DNA of 30,619 nt, from the IMG/VR virus record IMGVR_UViG_3300038660_000040, positions 1 to 30,619 of that record, one strand, 5' to 3'. Each line of letters starts with the position of its first letter. Position 1 is the stretch's first letter. This document shows, piece after piece, positions 9,701 to 18,376 of the stretch. The notes under the pieces were generated by a model. The model saw only the letters and a program-made list of their open reading frames with translations. It searched no databases and was not told the origin of the DNA. Source of the stretch: a virus (taxonomy: Duplodnaviria; Caudoviricetes). A program made the translations under genes and the position numbers.

Positions 9701-9897
9701 AAATCATAAGCGAACTGCTCGATGAAGGTCTGATCTGCTTCTTTGAAGAACTTATCAATGCTGGCAGGATCTAAGTCACCCTCACCAGTTTCAAATTGAT
9801 TGCGAAATTCATCACCAGAGTTATGCCTGATCCTTTTTACGTCTGCCTCTGCTGCTGAAACTATCTTATCTTCTACGATGTTTGCTGTGATGCTCAT
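3703..9897 (-). CDS. Giant internal virion (ejection) protein, polyvalent type with C-terminal ART-like modules
   Basis: 2064 aa, third of three genes of increasing size after the tail nozzle (position of T7 gp16/P22 gp16). It has a helical N-terminal region with hydrophobic Ala/Gly-rich stretches, then modules beginning LVAVHNL, WWYHST and VYHGT...GFFFT; the last resembles ART-PolyVal. Confidence 0.75.
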   Translation of the reverse strand: MSITANIVEDKIVSAAEADVKRIRHNSGDEFRNQFETGEGDLDPASIDKFFKEADQTFIEQFAYDLNTGVQEHATMGEADAQNSAYWQRALPVLERFKEHQAKRGQGDFAKLEQVKNREINQQWSERKKSYHLPLFKGDTTLDSVDEKHRDRVMNTQFISEALELDFNTVNSSYEVYQAQLWSSYEMEGEPNAKALRGRIKQDLVKADDRQNFIGEIAREAQNFAIEGKPISWTRAQDTSFDHQLDRFGVSKPEAQRIFRTAAREHTKAFAKSGKLGMQLISALAKNQGVEVDIKDASETTEDNLDVLLGKIVMLPREEREKILYVASVNAERLGLSNESWGDGLLTSLDRGGADFMQDVTSKVQRIAHADATADVEDIEKMKREHIEKFGSMYGEDRGETKEERKAFYESRDNIQNAERSTRVRNWREFNQDVRSIRDIVKKVEATSQAGIVAKLEQGTYDAAYSVPRMAAMVLPYAGIAMNWASYSEANDAQLRRQYPEMDAKNRERISNFAAIPQAFIEKLQVKTLFKGAPRTSAFIEKLGANGAVASFLGRAVMATGKEYVQERLQDGMLPLTQEIASKLSDDIPDVKAEVWEEALKVYDERTFFAVLPLAILGAGGSTAMDKMGAESFRKHLSGEDTLMLSGLTKDEASMISGMNEKGSINAHKEYQKIIQGKSTDEKKAASEAAVADGALERLVESEIMENGTQAEKKAFQDTKEAMDGFKELEKKFKAEVKTNEDGSSEVIFPEIYNKPNERFESEEAAVQALGNAEEEFHVTQSEQIRTKEANIEELQTHGIKTNEDAVKAVADHLGDAHEGSETMIVDSAMTLEKAIKQGQTTIENAMERIAIAKRELGVDMTLQSARILGSNKLKANAKGYINRIYKGANVATVFEESAEGYLKMAIEDGLSYDFFAGHIAEYQRATGEILVSDIDNISEQEVIEGFSKLARAHVYNERESSSFPPAIRAVLDAFKQFFDSVLETAGNLLQLKQDGKLDGDFEAHLNKAVGLDEQQIMHNQQKRYEAEIMEEMLDPEMELSNVMKGKIPRPSVLKENETLRGEVQRLWDTMVKTDRKGRKHAGGASLYFAGKYSGITLHNSLEYANEAGFRFETEAELLDAVESSMNGESQYPTMAAFEDLADGVSYNIGNENESSSFSISDGNNLVAVHNLSEDNLLFAQREFGAIPPPSIAVVRTDISDFDSFGEISLLTPPSRVDPSMDRNNKMWNADAYTPRFPSFTYEKDEKVANDIWNKYKDYSVAIGGSKYGVIPQGFEQYGVKELEQSALFQYAYLKEIGKAPRVVKEKRNGAPAALAKYAKGKTSYELEKDPDFEALVKVELEKEISEIRESFQERRRDMYFNEDGSIHYRTMVRMSTEAAEYHKKLGIDERGTKQVINKRIESHKKKFKAWVAENFSDLEKRKVIPNGYTNGGNRKYLPFNLDNVVKAMTKDVKAGEGFNYGVGSIRAAASKEFKNLKQIKADRHKIVSKKDLESFKETASKEFDELADSLRPYYNYDKNSFQYLGQVSESLVDLAKGKWGDWREAFSDVPSELQGQVSTYLNKLKHAPTEYFEAKIKEAVPLSDFTTALVPKTASKEVKQLLKSKGVKVRIYDSSVEGDRKKMIETEAKRSNVSFSIAPDGAYEEGGWWYHSTDNDLIGGKLERYAGGTDSDMGGIFLSDDSPEGKRYSSGYGQNMYRVNVGLNNDEVFNLGNAKHRERVKRIELDDAMGVDFLREARDSEREGTLDWTAIDPDLLEAAGFKGAILYERPAGMYGENAVRSLVVFKSDSLSELDRLPEKEAAQIKQDRVDNVDESFESYSITPAQDASYMKAVESGDVEAQQAMVDEAAKAAGYDSPKVYHGTDARFTVYDKDKTGSNFGLDKHGFFFTTDKESANMSRGNFPDGNPRGFTVDQKRAAEGGFVMSSYLKLGKTIKPNDVEGWENFSGSSAINTYDGNRERVEHTAIKNKADSFTLKKEGSQMFSIYNPNNIKSADPVTYDDNGKVIPLSERFNEDLDDIRSSDKSQSLETQKQSIFSKMEQALEDGKLLSWEPLDELLKSTIK
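3832..3915. repeat. Direct repeat A, copy 2
   Basis: Partner of 1653..1736, near the 3' end of the 2064-aa gene. Confidence 0.95.
4355..4410. repeat. Direct repeat B, copy 2
   Basis: Partner of 2185..2240. Confidence 0.9.
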
Positions 9898-9905
9898 GAT
9901 TTATT

Positions 9906-11828
9906 TTATGCTTTTTTTGATCCTCCGGCCTTCCACATATCCCATGCTTTGCGCCACTCGCTATTACTTAACCCGCCTTCGCCCGCACTCTCATGCGATG
10001 CCATCTTACTAAAGAAGTCCATAGCACGTTTTGGATCGTCTAGGAATTTCTTACTGATCTTTTCGTCTGGATCGTAGCCCGCCGGGACCACTACCTTCTC
10101 GCCGCGCTCCGTGTTACCGCGCCACTTGGCCACCGCTGCTTTGAATGTCATGCCCTCATACTTCTCAGCGAATAGATCGAAGTTCGCCGCCGCACCGTGA
10201 ACTGGTGTAGGGAATCGGCCAATCTTATGCGTGCCTTGTCCAGACTTGAGCACGCCATAACCTTCGAGCCCATACTTTTCATCACCCTTTCTAGGATAAG
10301 CGGCCGCTGGATTATTGTATCGAACCGAAGCTTTAACTCCATTGTAAGGAATGTTATTGAGCTTGGTGGAAGATCCTTTGAGGAACTTGATGGCATCGCC
10401 CACACCACCAGCTTTGAAGCGCTCACCTTTTGGAGTGTAAGGACTATCTTTCAGAGATTGCATGAACTTATTACCGGCTGCTTGTCCCGTTTTCTTCTCG
10501 ATCACCCCGCCCATGTATTTATGAACCTCATCGATAGTCACTGGCTTATCTTGATCTTGAATCCACTGTTCTACATCTCTCTGGATCTCTCTATGCACTT
10601 TTGCAGACTGAGCGTTGATCACTTTATCAGATCCCTCTTCCCCGTTGTCGGTCGCTCCGAAGTCCCCATTCTTGAAAAGAATATTCAAGTGCTTTGACGC
10701 TTCCTCCATTGCCTCGCCTTTGCCTTTTTTGAGTAATGGATTATCCGCGCCTGGCTTGCTCTTGTCGTAGTTTGGATTGTAGTAGTTGAGTCGTTGCCTT
10801 ATCCAGCCGTCCTCGCCCGTCTGGGTAGCCTCTAGCACCTTATTTTGAAGCTTGCGGTATTGCTTGATATACTCAGCATCGCTTACTGTGCCTTTCAAGT
10901 CTCTGAGGTTGTCGATCTCCAGTGTGAGCGCGATAGAGTCCTCATCGCTCATAGGGGTGTCTTTCTTCAAATGCTTTTTCATCGAAGCTATATCGCCACT
11001 TTCCAAATACGAGAATTGCCCAGATTCGATCAAGTCGTCTAGCTGGTCAGGATCTTTAATTTCTCCGGTACTCACTAAATCTTTTAGTGAATCATAGTCT
11101 TGCCCTCTGCGTTGTGATACCTCGCGTTCAGTAGCTTTGATCAATCTCCTGCGCGTATCGTCCGGCATTTTCTCGTAGCTATCTTTCTGCTTGAGCGTGT
11201 TCAAGAATCTAGCAGGATCTTCATCGATCATACCTTCATACATGTTGCGCTCCTGATCGTTCATGAGTAATTGCCTTTGCTTCTCACCCTGCTCAGGTGA
11301 AATAATGCCAGCCTCTACGGAGTCATCTAATTCTTCATAAGCTCCTTCGTAATTCCCAGAACGCGCATACTCGCTGATGTTATTCGTCATCTGAGATTTT
11401 GCTTTCTGGATACCCGCAATCGTAGCATCACGCGCAATGCGTAGATGTTGCTTGCTAGAGTAGTCAGCTTCCCACGCACTCCACTGGTCTTGCGCTTCTG
11501 GTGAGAGCTCACTCATACCGAAGTCGCCAGCAGCATTCACGTGCTTGGTGTAACCATCAGCCCATGTGCTAGGATCGTGGTTCGTCATCATTTTATTCTG
11601 GTATGCCGCAACACTCTCGCGTTTCATGCGTTTCATGTCGCTTAACTTCTTACCGTTCTCGATGCGTGCCAGTTGGACTTCATGCCCGAACTGAGCTTTA
11701 CCTATCTGAGCAATTGTATTACCCAGATTGCCAACAGCATTGGAGGTTGCAGCCATGGACGCGCCGCTGAGCATTACGCCTGATCCTCTTGCTTGTGAAA
11801 CTTGATTTGTGAGTGGGATTCTTACCAT
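9906..11828 (-). CDS. Internal virion (ejection) protein with putative C-terminal cell-wall hydrolase-like domain
   Basis: 640 aa. Starts MVRIP, then an Ala/Gly-rich segment and a helical body, as in the middle podoviral ejection protein. The C-terminus has RYNNPAA...FPTPVHGAAA...HES, reminiscent of lysozyme-fold virion domains. Confidence 0.65.
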   Translation of the reverse strand: MVRIPLTNQVSQARGSGVMLSGASMAATSNAVGNLGNTIAQIGKAQFGHEVQLARIENGKKLSDMKRMKRESVAAYQNKMMTNHDPSTWADGYTKHVNAAGDFGMSELSPEAQDQWSAWEADYSSKQHLRIARDATIAGIQKAKSQMTNNISEYARSGNYEGAYEELDDSVEAGIISPEQGEKQRQLLMNDQERNMYEGMIDEDPARFLNTLKQKDSYEKMPDDTRRRLIKATEREVSQRRGQDYDSLKDLVSTGEIKDPDQLDDLIESGQFSYLESGDIASMKKHLKKDTPMSDEDSIALTLEIDNLRDLKGTVSDAEYIKQYRKLQNKVLEATQTGEDGWIRQRLNYYNPNYDKSKPGADNPLLKKGKGEAMEEASKHLNILFKNGDFGATDNGEEGSDKVINAQSAKVHREIQRDVEQWIQDQDKPVTIDEVHKYMGGVIEKKTGQAAGNKFMQSLKDSPYTPKGERFKAGGVGDAIKFLKGSSTKLNNIPYNGVKASVRYNNPAAAYPRKGDEKYGLEGYGVLKSGQGTHKIGRFPTPVHGAAANFDLFAEKYEGMTFKAAVAKWRGNTERGEKVVVPAGYDPDEKISKKFLDDPKRAMDFFSKMASHESAGEGGLSNSEWRKAWDMWKAGGSKKA

Positions 11829-11858
11829 GATATTTTATGAGTTGTTGTTGAAATTATG

Positions 11859-12338
11859 TTACTTGAAAACGCCTGTTTTCTTTCCTGTTCTATATCCTGA
11901 GTAAGTATTGTAGCCAGTGCTTAGCAATGTTCCGAAAGCACTCACTCGGCTTGCACGCTTAGCTTGCTTACCCTTCCAGACTGAAGTATCTGCTTGAGTA
12001 AGCAGTGCTGATCGATGATTCTCCGCGCTACGGTAGCCATCGAGAACTTGTAGTTCTAGCTCACTAGCCGCATCACCTAAGACCGCTAATGGTGCTCCCT
12101 CAGTGACTCCAGTGCCTTGTGAAGCTAGCCTAGCACGCATCGAAGCTAATTGACGTTCATTATTTCCCCGCGCCCGCTTGCTGTTCTCACGTGCCTCCTG
12201 AGCAGTCGTCTCTGCTTGGTTGCGCATTATCTGCGCATTATGCTTACCCGCCGCTTCTTGAGCCTTACCTTGCTGGTATTGACCCACTGCGCCCATGACT
12301 CCGCCGATTGCTCCTAATGCTAATGATGGTAATCCCAT
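11859..12338 (-). CDS. Small internal virion (ejection) protein, T7 gp14/P22 gp7-like position
   Basis: 159 aa with Gly/Ala-rich hydrophobic N-terminus, QQGKAQ..A..NA coiled coil and G...EGAPL motif. Confidence 0.75.
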   Translation of the reverse strand: MGLPSLALGAIGGVMGAVGQYQQGKAQEAAGKHNAQIMRNQAETTAQEARENSKRARGNNERQLASMRARLASQGTGVTEGAPLAVLGDAASELELQVLDGYRSAENHRSALLTQADTSVWKGKQAKRASRVSAFGTLLSTGYNTYSGYRTGKKTGVFK

Positions 12339-12342
12339 ATTT

Positions 12343-12738
12343 TTATAATTGTTTGATTAAATGTGTAACGCCTTGATCTCCTAAGATATACCCGCGCTTT
12401 TCTAATAGATTCATCATACTAGATTTCCCCGTAGTATAAAGAAGTGTTTTGATATTGTGATTCTGTGCCACCATTTCAAGCCCTTTGAATAGGTGATCTA
12501 TGTATTTTGTATCACCTGCCTTGTTCTTTGGATTCGTCACCACCCATCCGATCCAACCCACTTGACAAGCAGCATCGTGGTAGATCCATCCTGCCGCCTT
12601 ATCCTCATAATCAAACCCTCTAGTGTCTGGGCATGAGATAAGCCCAAGCTTAGGGAGGTTGTCAGGTGCTTGACCCCAGCGATCAATGAACCACTCGGAA
12701 AGCTTAGGCATGTCTTCTGTCTGGATGTATCGGATCAT
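12343..12738 (-). CDS. GNAT-fold virion assembly protein (putative acetyltransferase-like)
   Basis: 131 aa, MIRY...D start and LLEKRGY near the end; lies between the nozzle and ejection genes as in many podoviruses. Confidence 0.6.
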   Translation of the reverse strand: MIRYIQTEDMPKLSEWFIDRWGQAPDNLPKLGLISCPDTRGFDYEDKAAGWIYHDAACQVGWIGWVVTNPKNKAGDTKYIDHLFKGLEMVAQNHNIKTLLYTTGKSSMMNLLEKRGYILGDQGVTHLIKQL

Positions 12739-15266
12739 AGGTCTTGAGTTATTTTCAAATCAGGTGCTAGTGCTAAAATGTTCAACGGGTAAGGTTCACA
12801 GATGCGAACCGCACAACGCGCGTCTCGATCATGGCCACCAGAGAGTGACATCTTCCAATCTTCAAAGCATCCTATATTATCTGGATCTGGCTTTTCATCC
12901 AGATCAACCCACTTGCGTTGCCCTTGATCTAGTTTCTGCCATGTTTCATGCCTCTGCACCGGTGCGAACTCTGCCGTGACTGATCTCCAAACTCTCATGC
13001 TCACAGATGAAACACGCTTGTATTTACCATCCGTGCCTTGATAATTCAAAGGCATTGTCTCTAGCATTGATAGATAACTCAGGCCAGCTTTGATACTCGT
13101 TGCCGCAACATCTAACGTAATGTCACCGCTAGCGACCACCTTGTCGCCCACATAGACCCCGTCAGCTAAGACTTGAACCGTTTCACCATCCAAATGATCA
13201 AGACCGCTCAGCGTAGTGCTAGCCGCCCCATCGTAGCTTACAGCAGAATCAAGAAAGAGCATATCTTTCAATCCGCTTTCCTCAATGGCCTCATACTGCT
13301 CAGGCTGGAATCTTTCGAGCATCCTCACTCCATCGCGCTTCACGATGCAATAAAGACTATCTTCATCACCCTGCTCGTAAACAGTGGCCACCGATTCATA
13401 AGCGCCTTGAGTTGTATGAGTGTGCCAGGCATGGACGTTCTGAGATTTATCATAGGTGAGCCCAAGCAGTCTTCCGCAGTTCGTAGTCATCCATAGGATC
13501 GAATCACGTTGAGCTTGATAGGCCACGTCCTTGATGCCCGTCATTGTCGAGTGTATGGAAAGCAAAGTAAGATCAGCAGCGCTGTAGCCATCGGATTCTA
13601 GCGCGTAGGAGATTTCTCTAATCTTGCGGCCTTGTCTCTGAACGTAGAGCATGTTCGATCCCGTAATGATTGCGGGCAAGCTGGCGGATCCAAAGGAAGA
13701 AAATTTACTCACTCGGAATGAGCTAGGTGTAATCACCCCACTATCAGAATCACTAGTGCCGCGCCACTCCGCCCCGGATGTCCCGATGAATAGATATTGC
13801 TTAGATGCTAGCCAGCGAATGTCTGATTGCTCACTGGCCGCGATACGCCTTGAGAATCCAGCATCATCTAAAGTGGTTTGCTTGAAATTCCAGAAGTCCT
13901 CGATGCCCGATGCCCATAAGTGAGCAGGTTCACGCTTACTACCTCCATACCATATGCGTTGCTCATGCCAGCAGACCGCAGCCGGGTAGCCTTGCTTCTC
14001 GCTCCATGAAGCGTGCTTCCATAGCTCCGTGGCTTCCTCGTTATAAATGCCATCGATGATCACACCAGTTACCACCGTGGCGCTAGTGTAGCCAGTGATC
14101 TTGATTCTCCCTGTGACCTGGGCATCGACTGCCTCCAATGTCGCGTGAGGATCATTCGCACCTGAGCCCGTCTTTTCAAAGAGAACGCGCATTAGAGCTT
14201 TTGTGTTCTGAGCTCCTTCGTAGTTGATGTTACGATCCCCGAAAGCTTCCCGGATAGCCAAGGTTTTCCATGTTGCGCCAGAATCAACACTACTCTCGAT
14301 GGTCAATTTTCCCCTCCATAGGCCAGTGGTAGAAATAAAGTAATCCCCTTGAACTGTGATGCTTTCGCTTGTCCCGTCAGAGAGTAGGGATAGCCTCACC
14401 TCGTTCTGTTCTTGTGGATGCGTGACTTCAAACTCGCTGCCTACGTGAGTTGCTTCAAAGATACTCGTGGTTGCTGTGATGGTGGTAGCCCCGCCAGTGT
14501 CCAAGGTAGGATTGCTATTGATTGTGCTAAGGCTGGCCACTACGTCAGAAGATGCAGATTTGAGTCGCAGTAATCCGCTCGACTTTGTGCCGTTAGTTGT
14601 GCCGGCGCCAGAAATCGTACTCACTATTTCCCAAGTATTGCCGCCATTGATCGAATGTTCTAAAGTGAATGTCCCGCCCGATACCGAAGTTGTGACCAAT
14701 TCCCACACGCCCGCTGGAATAGTGGAGCTGTATTTATCACCATCGGCAATCAACGATGTCAGCGGTGCGGTGCTAGTGCTATCGGTGCTACCTCCTGCCG
14801 TGACCGTTACCGTAGTGCCATTTAGCAAGTAGTCTTGAAAAGCTGGATAATCGAACACGACCGCCGCTAGTGTCCATCCTCCTGATATTCGACTCAACTG
14901 CTGTGGTGGATGGTTCTTGTGAGTGATAAACATCACATCGTTGAGCTGTTCCGATTGTATAGCATAGACCTCAGAAGATAACCAAGGAGAACTAAGGGTA
15001 GTATCAAGAACACCATTCTCATAGACACGCAAAGAAGTATTTCCAATCTCGATGATGAAGCCCTCTTCACTGGTAGGTTGAAAACTCAATAACCTGGAGT
15101 CGCCCGTCATCGCCGCCCGCATGTATTCTGTGCCGTGCCTTCTCCGTAGACCTCCGTAGGGAGTCACCACGAAGTTTCTGCATATCCGAAGACCGCGCTG
15201 GTATTTATCGATGTCATGCCGTGAATCTAACCACGGTGCTAATGTTCCTGAGTTGAATCCTTGCAT
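12735..15266 (-). CDS. Tail nozzle / tail tubular protein B-like
   Basis: 843 aa: FNSGTLAP...RNFVVTPYGGLRRRHGT start, QLNDVMFITH..HPP, GYPAAVCWHEQR, AWHTH, GLDHLDGETVQVLADG and PYPLNILAL end. Confidence 0.85.
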   Translation of the reverse strand: MQGFNSGTLAPWLDSRHDIDKYQRGLRICRNFVVTPYGGLRRRHGTEYMRAAMTGDSRLLSFQPTSEEGFIIEIGNTSLRVYENGVLDTTLSSPWLSSEVYAIQSEQLNDVMFITHKNHPPQQLSRISGGWTLAAVVFDYPAFQDYLLNGTTVTVTAGGSTDSTSTAPLTSLIADGDKYSSTIPAGVWELVTTSVSGGTFTLEHSINGGNTWEIVSTISGAGTTNGTKSSGLLRLKSASSDVVASLSTINSNPTLDTGGATTITATTSIFEATHVGSEFEVTHPQEQNEVRLSLLSDGTSESITVQGDYFISTTGLWRGKLTIESSVDSGATWKTLAIREAFGDRNINYEGAQNTKALMRVLFEKTGSGANDPHATLEAVDAQVTGRIKITGYTSATVVTGVIIDGIYNEEATELWKHASWSEKQGYPAAVCWHEQRIWYGGSKREPAHLWASGIEDFWNFKQTTLDDAGFSRRIAASEQSDIRWLASKQYLFIGTSGAEWRGTSDSDSGVITPSSFRVSKFSSFGSASLPAIITGSNMLYVQRQGRKIREISYALESDGYSAADLTLLSIHSTMTGIKDVAYQAQRDSILWMTTNCGRLLGLTYDKSQNVHAWHTHTTQGAYESVATVYEQGDEDSLYCIVKRDGVRMLERFQPEQYEAIEESGLKDMLFLDSAVSYDGAASTTLSGLDHLDGETVQVLADGVYVGDKVVASGDITLDVAATSIKAGLSYLSMLETMPLNYQGTDGKYKRVSSVSMRVWRSVTAEFAPVQRHETWQKLDQGQRKWVDLDEKPDPDNIGCFEDWKMSLSGGHDRDARCAVRICEPYPLNILALAPDLKITQDL

Positions 15267-15285
15267 AATTATGTTTGTTTTAAAT

Positions 15286-16005
15286 TTAAGCGTAAGTGTA
15301 AAATTCTAGCGAGTCAATCGATGCGCTTGTGTTGTATCCGAGCGGCGCGGTAGCGTAGACACTACTTGCAGACGCATTCGCCGCATCCCTTGTTGTGAAG
15401 CCTTTAGCACGACATACGAAATGATAACCATCAATCTCTGTGTAGTCTGTTGCATAGAGTCCAGTTGTGGTATCACCTACGCCATAGAGTCTTATTTCAG
15501 AATCGTAATTTGATGCTCCTGCTATGCAATACATATCAAATAAATACCCCAGCATCCCGTAACCTACGAAATTTGCTTCGTCCGTGGTATCCCCATCGTA
15601 AAATCTCCTGATACTCTCAGCCCCTCCAGATATCTTGCAATTAGTCCCAGTTGGTGAGCTGTTGTTTTTAACATAGACATCTGGACTTGAGCAGACTCTA
15701 GTTGATGGTTCTGCGTTATCATCTCCTGATACATCTGAGGCATCCGCTGGAGAAAGTGATGAGGATTTCAACGTCCCGAAATCCTGCGTTGCTTCACCAT
15801 AAACCCTGATTGCGTAAAAGTTCCAGAAAAAGTTATATGCCAAAGCTAGTGAGTCATCTATTTGAGCGGTAGTCGGAGTGCCACCACTGCTCTTGTTGAA
15901 TCCAGACATGGTAGTCCAGTAGTCATAACCAGACACATCTGTCTTAGTGAAACATTCTGGATAATTAGTCAAACTATGGGACATGAAAGCAGTTGCAGTA
16001 GGCAT
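15286..16005 (-). CDS. Hypothetical structural protein (tail-associated?)
   Basis: 239 aa, Ser/Thr/Tyr-rich with several Cys, between adaptor and nozzle genes. Confidence 0.5.
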   Translation of the reverse strand: MPTATAFMSHSLTNYPECFTKTDVSGYDYWTTMSGFNKSSGGTPTTAQIDDSLALAYNFFWNFYAIRVYGEATQDFGTLKSSSLSPADASDVSGDDNAEPSTRVCSSPDVYVKNNSSPTGTNCKISGGAESIRRFYDGDTTDEANFVGYGMLGYLFDMYCIAGASNYDSEIRLYGVGDTTTGLYATDYTEIDGYHFVCRAKGFTTRDAANASASSVYATAPLGYNTSASIDSLEFYTYA

Positions 16006-16006
16006 A

Positions 16007-16609
16007 TTAAGGAAGTGTTTTTACTAGGAATGTTCTGGTTACTGGTGAACCTGATACGCAGATCTCTAAATTTATTTCTTCATAACCTGCCGGGACACCC
16101 CCGCCAAGATCAAAGGTTAGTAGTTCAGTGCTTGGTGATACTTCTAAGGTTCCCTCAAGCGTTCTAACGTTGAAACCGTTAATAGTCACCGTTCCATCTG
16201 ATTCAGTGATCGAAGTAATTACTGCGCTCCATTCACTGTTATCTGGATTCAAGGGTATTTCGACTTCATCACCTTCCGCATCTACCATAAGTACGCCCGC
16301 GACCGTCCTGATGACTTTGCTTTTTATTCGTAGTATATCATCTGCCCCTGTCCAAGAAAATGAAGACATGACTGGCACATCCACACTATCGGGAACCTCA
16401 ACCCGGATGTCAGTATTGACGTTATTTATGTAAAGATTACCACCAATTACAGTGAGAGAAGCGTTTTCCAGGACTGTCGTGACTGCCCCTGTTTCGCCTT
16501 TGTCTCCTTTCTCGCCTTTCTCACCTTTCAAGCCCGTTGGCGTGCTTGGTGTAGTTTTGAAATAGGGATCAGTCCCGTTGCAATTTTCTGTGTCGATGTC
16601 TCCGGCCAT
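16007..16609 (-). CDS. Short collagen-repeat protein, putative fibre component
   Basis: 200 aa with GLKGEKGEKGDKGETG followed by acidic beta-rich sequence. Confidence 0.55.
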   Translation of the reverse strand: MAGDIDTENCNGTDPYFKTTPSTPTGLKGEKGEKGDKGETGAVTTVLENASLTVIGGNLYINNVNTDIRVEVPDSVDVPVMSSFSWTGADDILRIKSKVIRTVAGVLMVDAEGDEVEIPLNPDNSEWSAVITSITESDGTVTINGFNVRTLEGTLEVSPSTELLTFDLGGGVPAGYEEINLEICVSGSPVTRTFLVKTLP

Positions 16610-16614
16610 AATGA

Positions 16615-17238
16615 TTAAATGTAGTAGTTGTTTTTCTGGATTAGTGAAGATCGATTCATTCGTTCCTCTGTTGAATTGTTCTCGTTACTGGCATCCTCCC
16701 ATGCATTATTTAAGTGAGCTTGTGGGATGCAGACATTGTAAAGTTGATCAAGCAAAGCGTTCTGTATATTCACGCTGCCAGTGATAGGCACAGCAAGCTT
16801 GGATGCTAGCAAGGTGGCCACGCAGTCAATAAAGTTTGCGTCCCATATCCGGGCATCTAGCATATTGGAAGTGTATTCGATAAAGGCGAACTCATCGGCC
16901 AGAAGTAGATCACACTGGACCACGTTAAATTTATCTATCCGAAAGCACTGGTCTTTATCATGCCATGCAGAAATAAGCTGTAGGTAATCGCAAGGCAGAG
17001 TGTAACGGTATGGCCATCGAACATCGAAGAGAGTTTCATTCTTTACGAGCTCCGCAAACTTAGTAGCAAAGTTCCAAGGATGCGACCGAAGAAGCTGCTC
17101 ACGTGCATAAGGTAGATGGAGCCGGCAAAGCACCGCCTCGTTTCTATCGTGATCGATGTTGACGATCTGATACTGGCCTAGTTTTGATAGTGCCAGGTTA
17201 CAAACATCTGTGATTTTCTCTGCTGCTGTGATGGCCAT
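16615..17238 (-). CDS. Tail adaptor / tail tubular protein A-like
   Basis: DVCNLALSKLG, LLRSHPWNFA, YTLPCDYL and F.DCVATLLASKLA motifs. Start moved to MAITAAEK at 17238 (track start 17298). Confidence 0.85.
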   Translation of the reverse strand: MAITAAEKITDVCNLALSKLGQYQIVNIDHDRNEAVLCRLHLPYAREQLLRSHPWNFATKFAELVKNETLFDVRWPYRYTLPCDYLQLISAWHDKDQCFRIDKFNVVQCDLLLADEFAFIEYTSNMLDARIWDANFIDCVATLLASKLAVPITGSVNIQNALLDQLYNVCIPQAHLNNAWEDASNENNSTEERMNRSSLIQKNNYYI

Positions 17239-17310
17239 TATTTTGAGTTGTTTGAGTTGATCTTTTTTTGAAGCTGCTCGACTTCCATTTTGGAACAAGT
17301 GGGAAGATTT

Positions 17311-18363
17311 TTAGTGTGAAGATTGAGTTAAACCTAAAGCAAATAGATTAGAAGTTGCTTCGTAGCGCAGCCATAATCCCCGAAGTTTAGAATACGACCA
17401 CTGATGACGCATTACCATGAAGTCCGAAGGAACTCTATCTTCCCTACCTACTGCGATGTTGTGTTTAATCCAACGCATCTCTCTACGCTTGTAAGTATTC
17501 CTCATACTTCCACCACGGTTGAAAACAGTAGACACCAGCGCACCGTTACAATGTGGGTGAAGTCTATCAGCATTTATGTCGAAAGCTTTCGCAGTTAGCT
17601 TCTTGAACCGTGGTAGTGTGTTTTTTTGGAAGACTCTCTCGGCAGACTCCCATGGGACTCTCACAGAATTTTTGATGTTCTTACAGGCGTAGTAAGCTCT
17701 CATACCTTTAAGACCACTCACAGATTGTAGTCGTCTCACTTCTGTATCACTTAATATACCACTCCAATCCCTCGCTATATCCGCCTTTGAATTATACCCA
17801 CAGTCGTAACCGAAACCGATAGTCACTCCTGATGCTGTAGTTCTTGGTGCTGGAACAGTAGGCCGTTGAAGTCTCTTTTCATAGTAGGATTTACTACTAA
17901 CCTCATACTTGAGAATCATGTCGTAACCCTGCTTCGATATAGGCAGTGTGTCAGCTTTAGCTCCCACTATCAACGCACAAGTCACTCCGAATATAATAGC
18001 TAGTGCTAACATGGTCTTGCGTGGTTTAGAGATTTCATTCCAACCCTCGTCAAACTCATCACTCTTTAGCCACTTACCCACCGTGTTCTTAGAAAGTAGT
18101 CCTATAAAATAGTAGGACACAATCAACGAGAAGGAGAGGACGAGTGCCATGTTTCCGATCTGCGTTATATTAGTCAACGGCTCGAAGATAGATTTACCTG
18201 ATGCAATATCGGTGACTTCACCTGTAATTGTATCAGTATATTCTGTCGTTGGAGTAGTCCAATCCACTAACGCATTTATACCAATGGAAAGAATCAAGAA
18301 TGATGCTAGTCCAATACCCACAATCTTTAAAGATCGCCAATTCATTTTATTTTTTGTGTCCAT
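17311..18363 (-). CDS. Endolysin (lysozyme/pesticin-like muramidase) with N-terminal transmembrane region
   Basis: Three hydrophobic segments in the first ~135 aa, then ILKYEV...SGVTIGFGYDCG...GALVSTVFNRG...GLWLRYEA. Confidence 0.75.
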   Translation of the reverse strand: MDTKNKMNWRSLKIVGIGLASFLILSIGINALVDWTTPTTEYTDTITGEVTDIASGKSIFEPLTNITQIGNMALVLSFSLIVSYYFIGLLSKNTVGKWLKSDEFDEGWNEISKPRKTMLALAIIFGVTCALIVGAKADTLPISKQGYDMILKYEVSSKSYYEKRLQRPTVPAPRTTASGVTIGFGYDCGYNSKADIARDWSGILSDTEVRRLQSVSGLKGMRAYYACKNIKNSVRVPWESAERVFQKNTLPRFKKLTAKAFDINADRLHPHCNGALVSTVFNRGGSMRNTYKRREMRWIKHNIAVGREDRVPSDFMVMRHQWSYSKLRGLWLRYEATSNLFALGLTQSSH

Positions 18364-18376
18364 AATTTTAGTTCTG

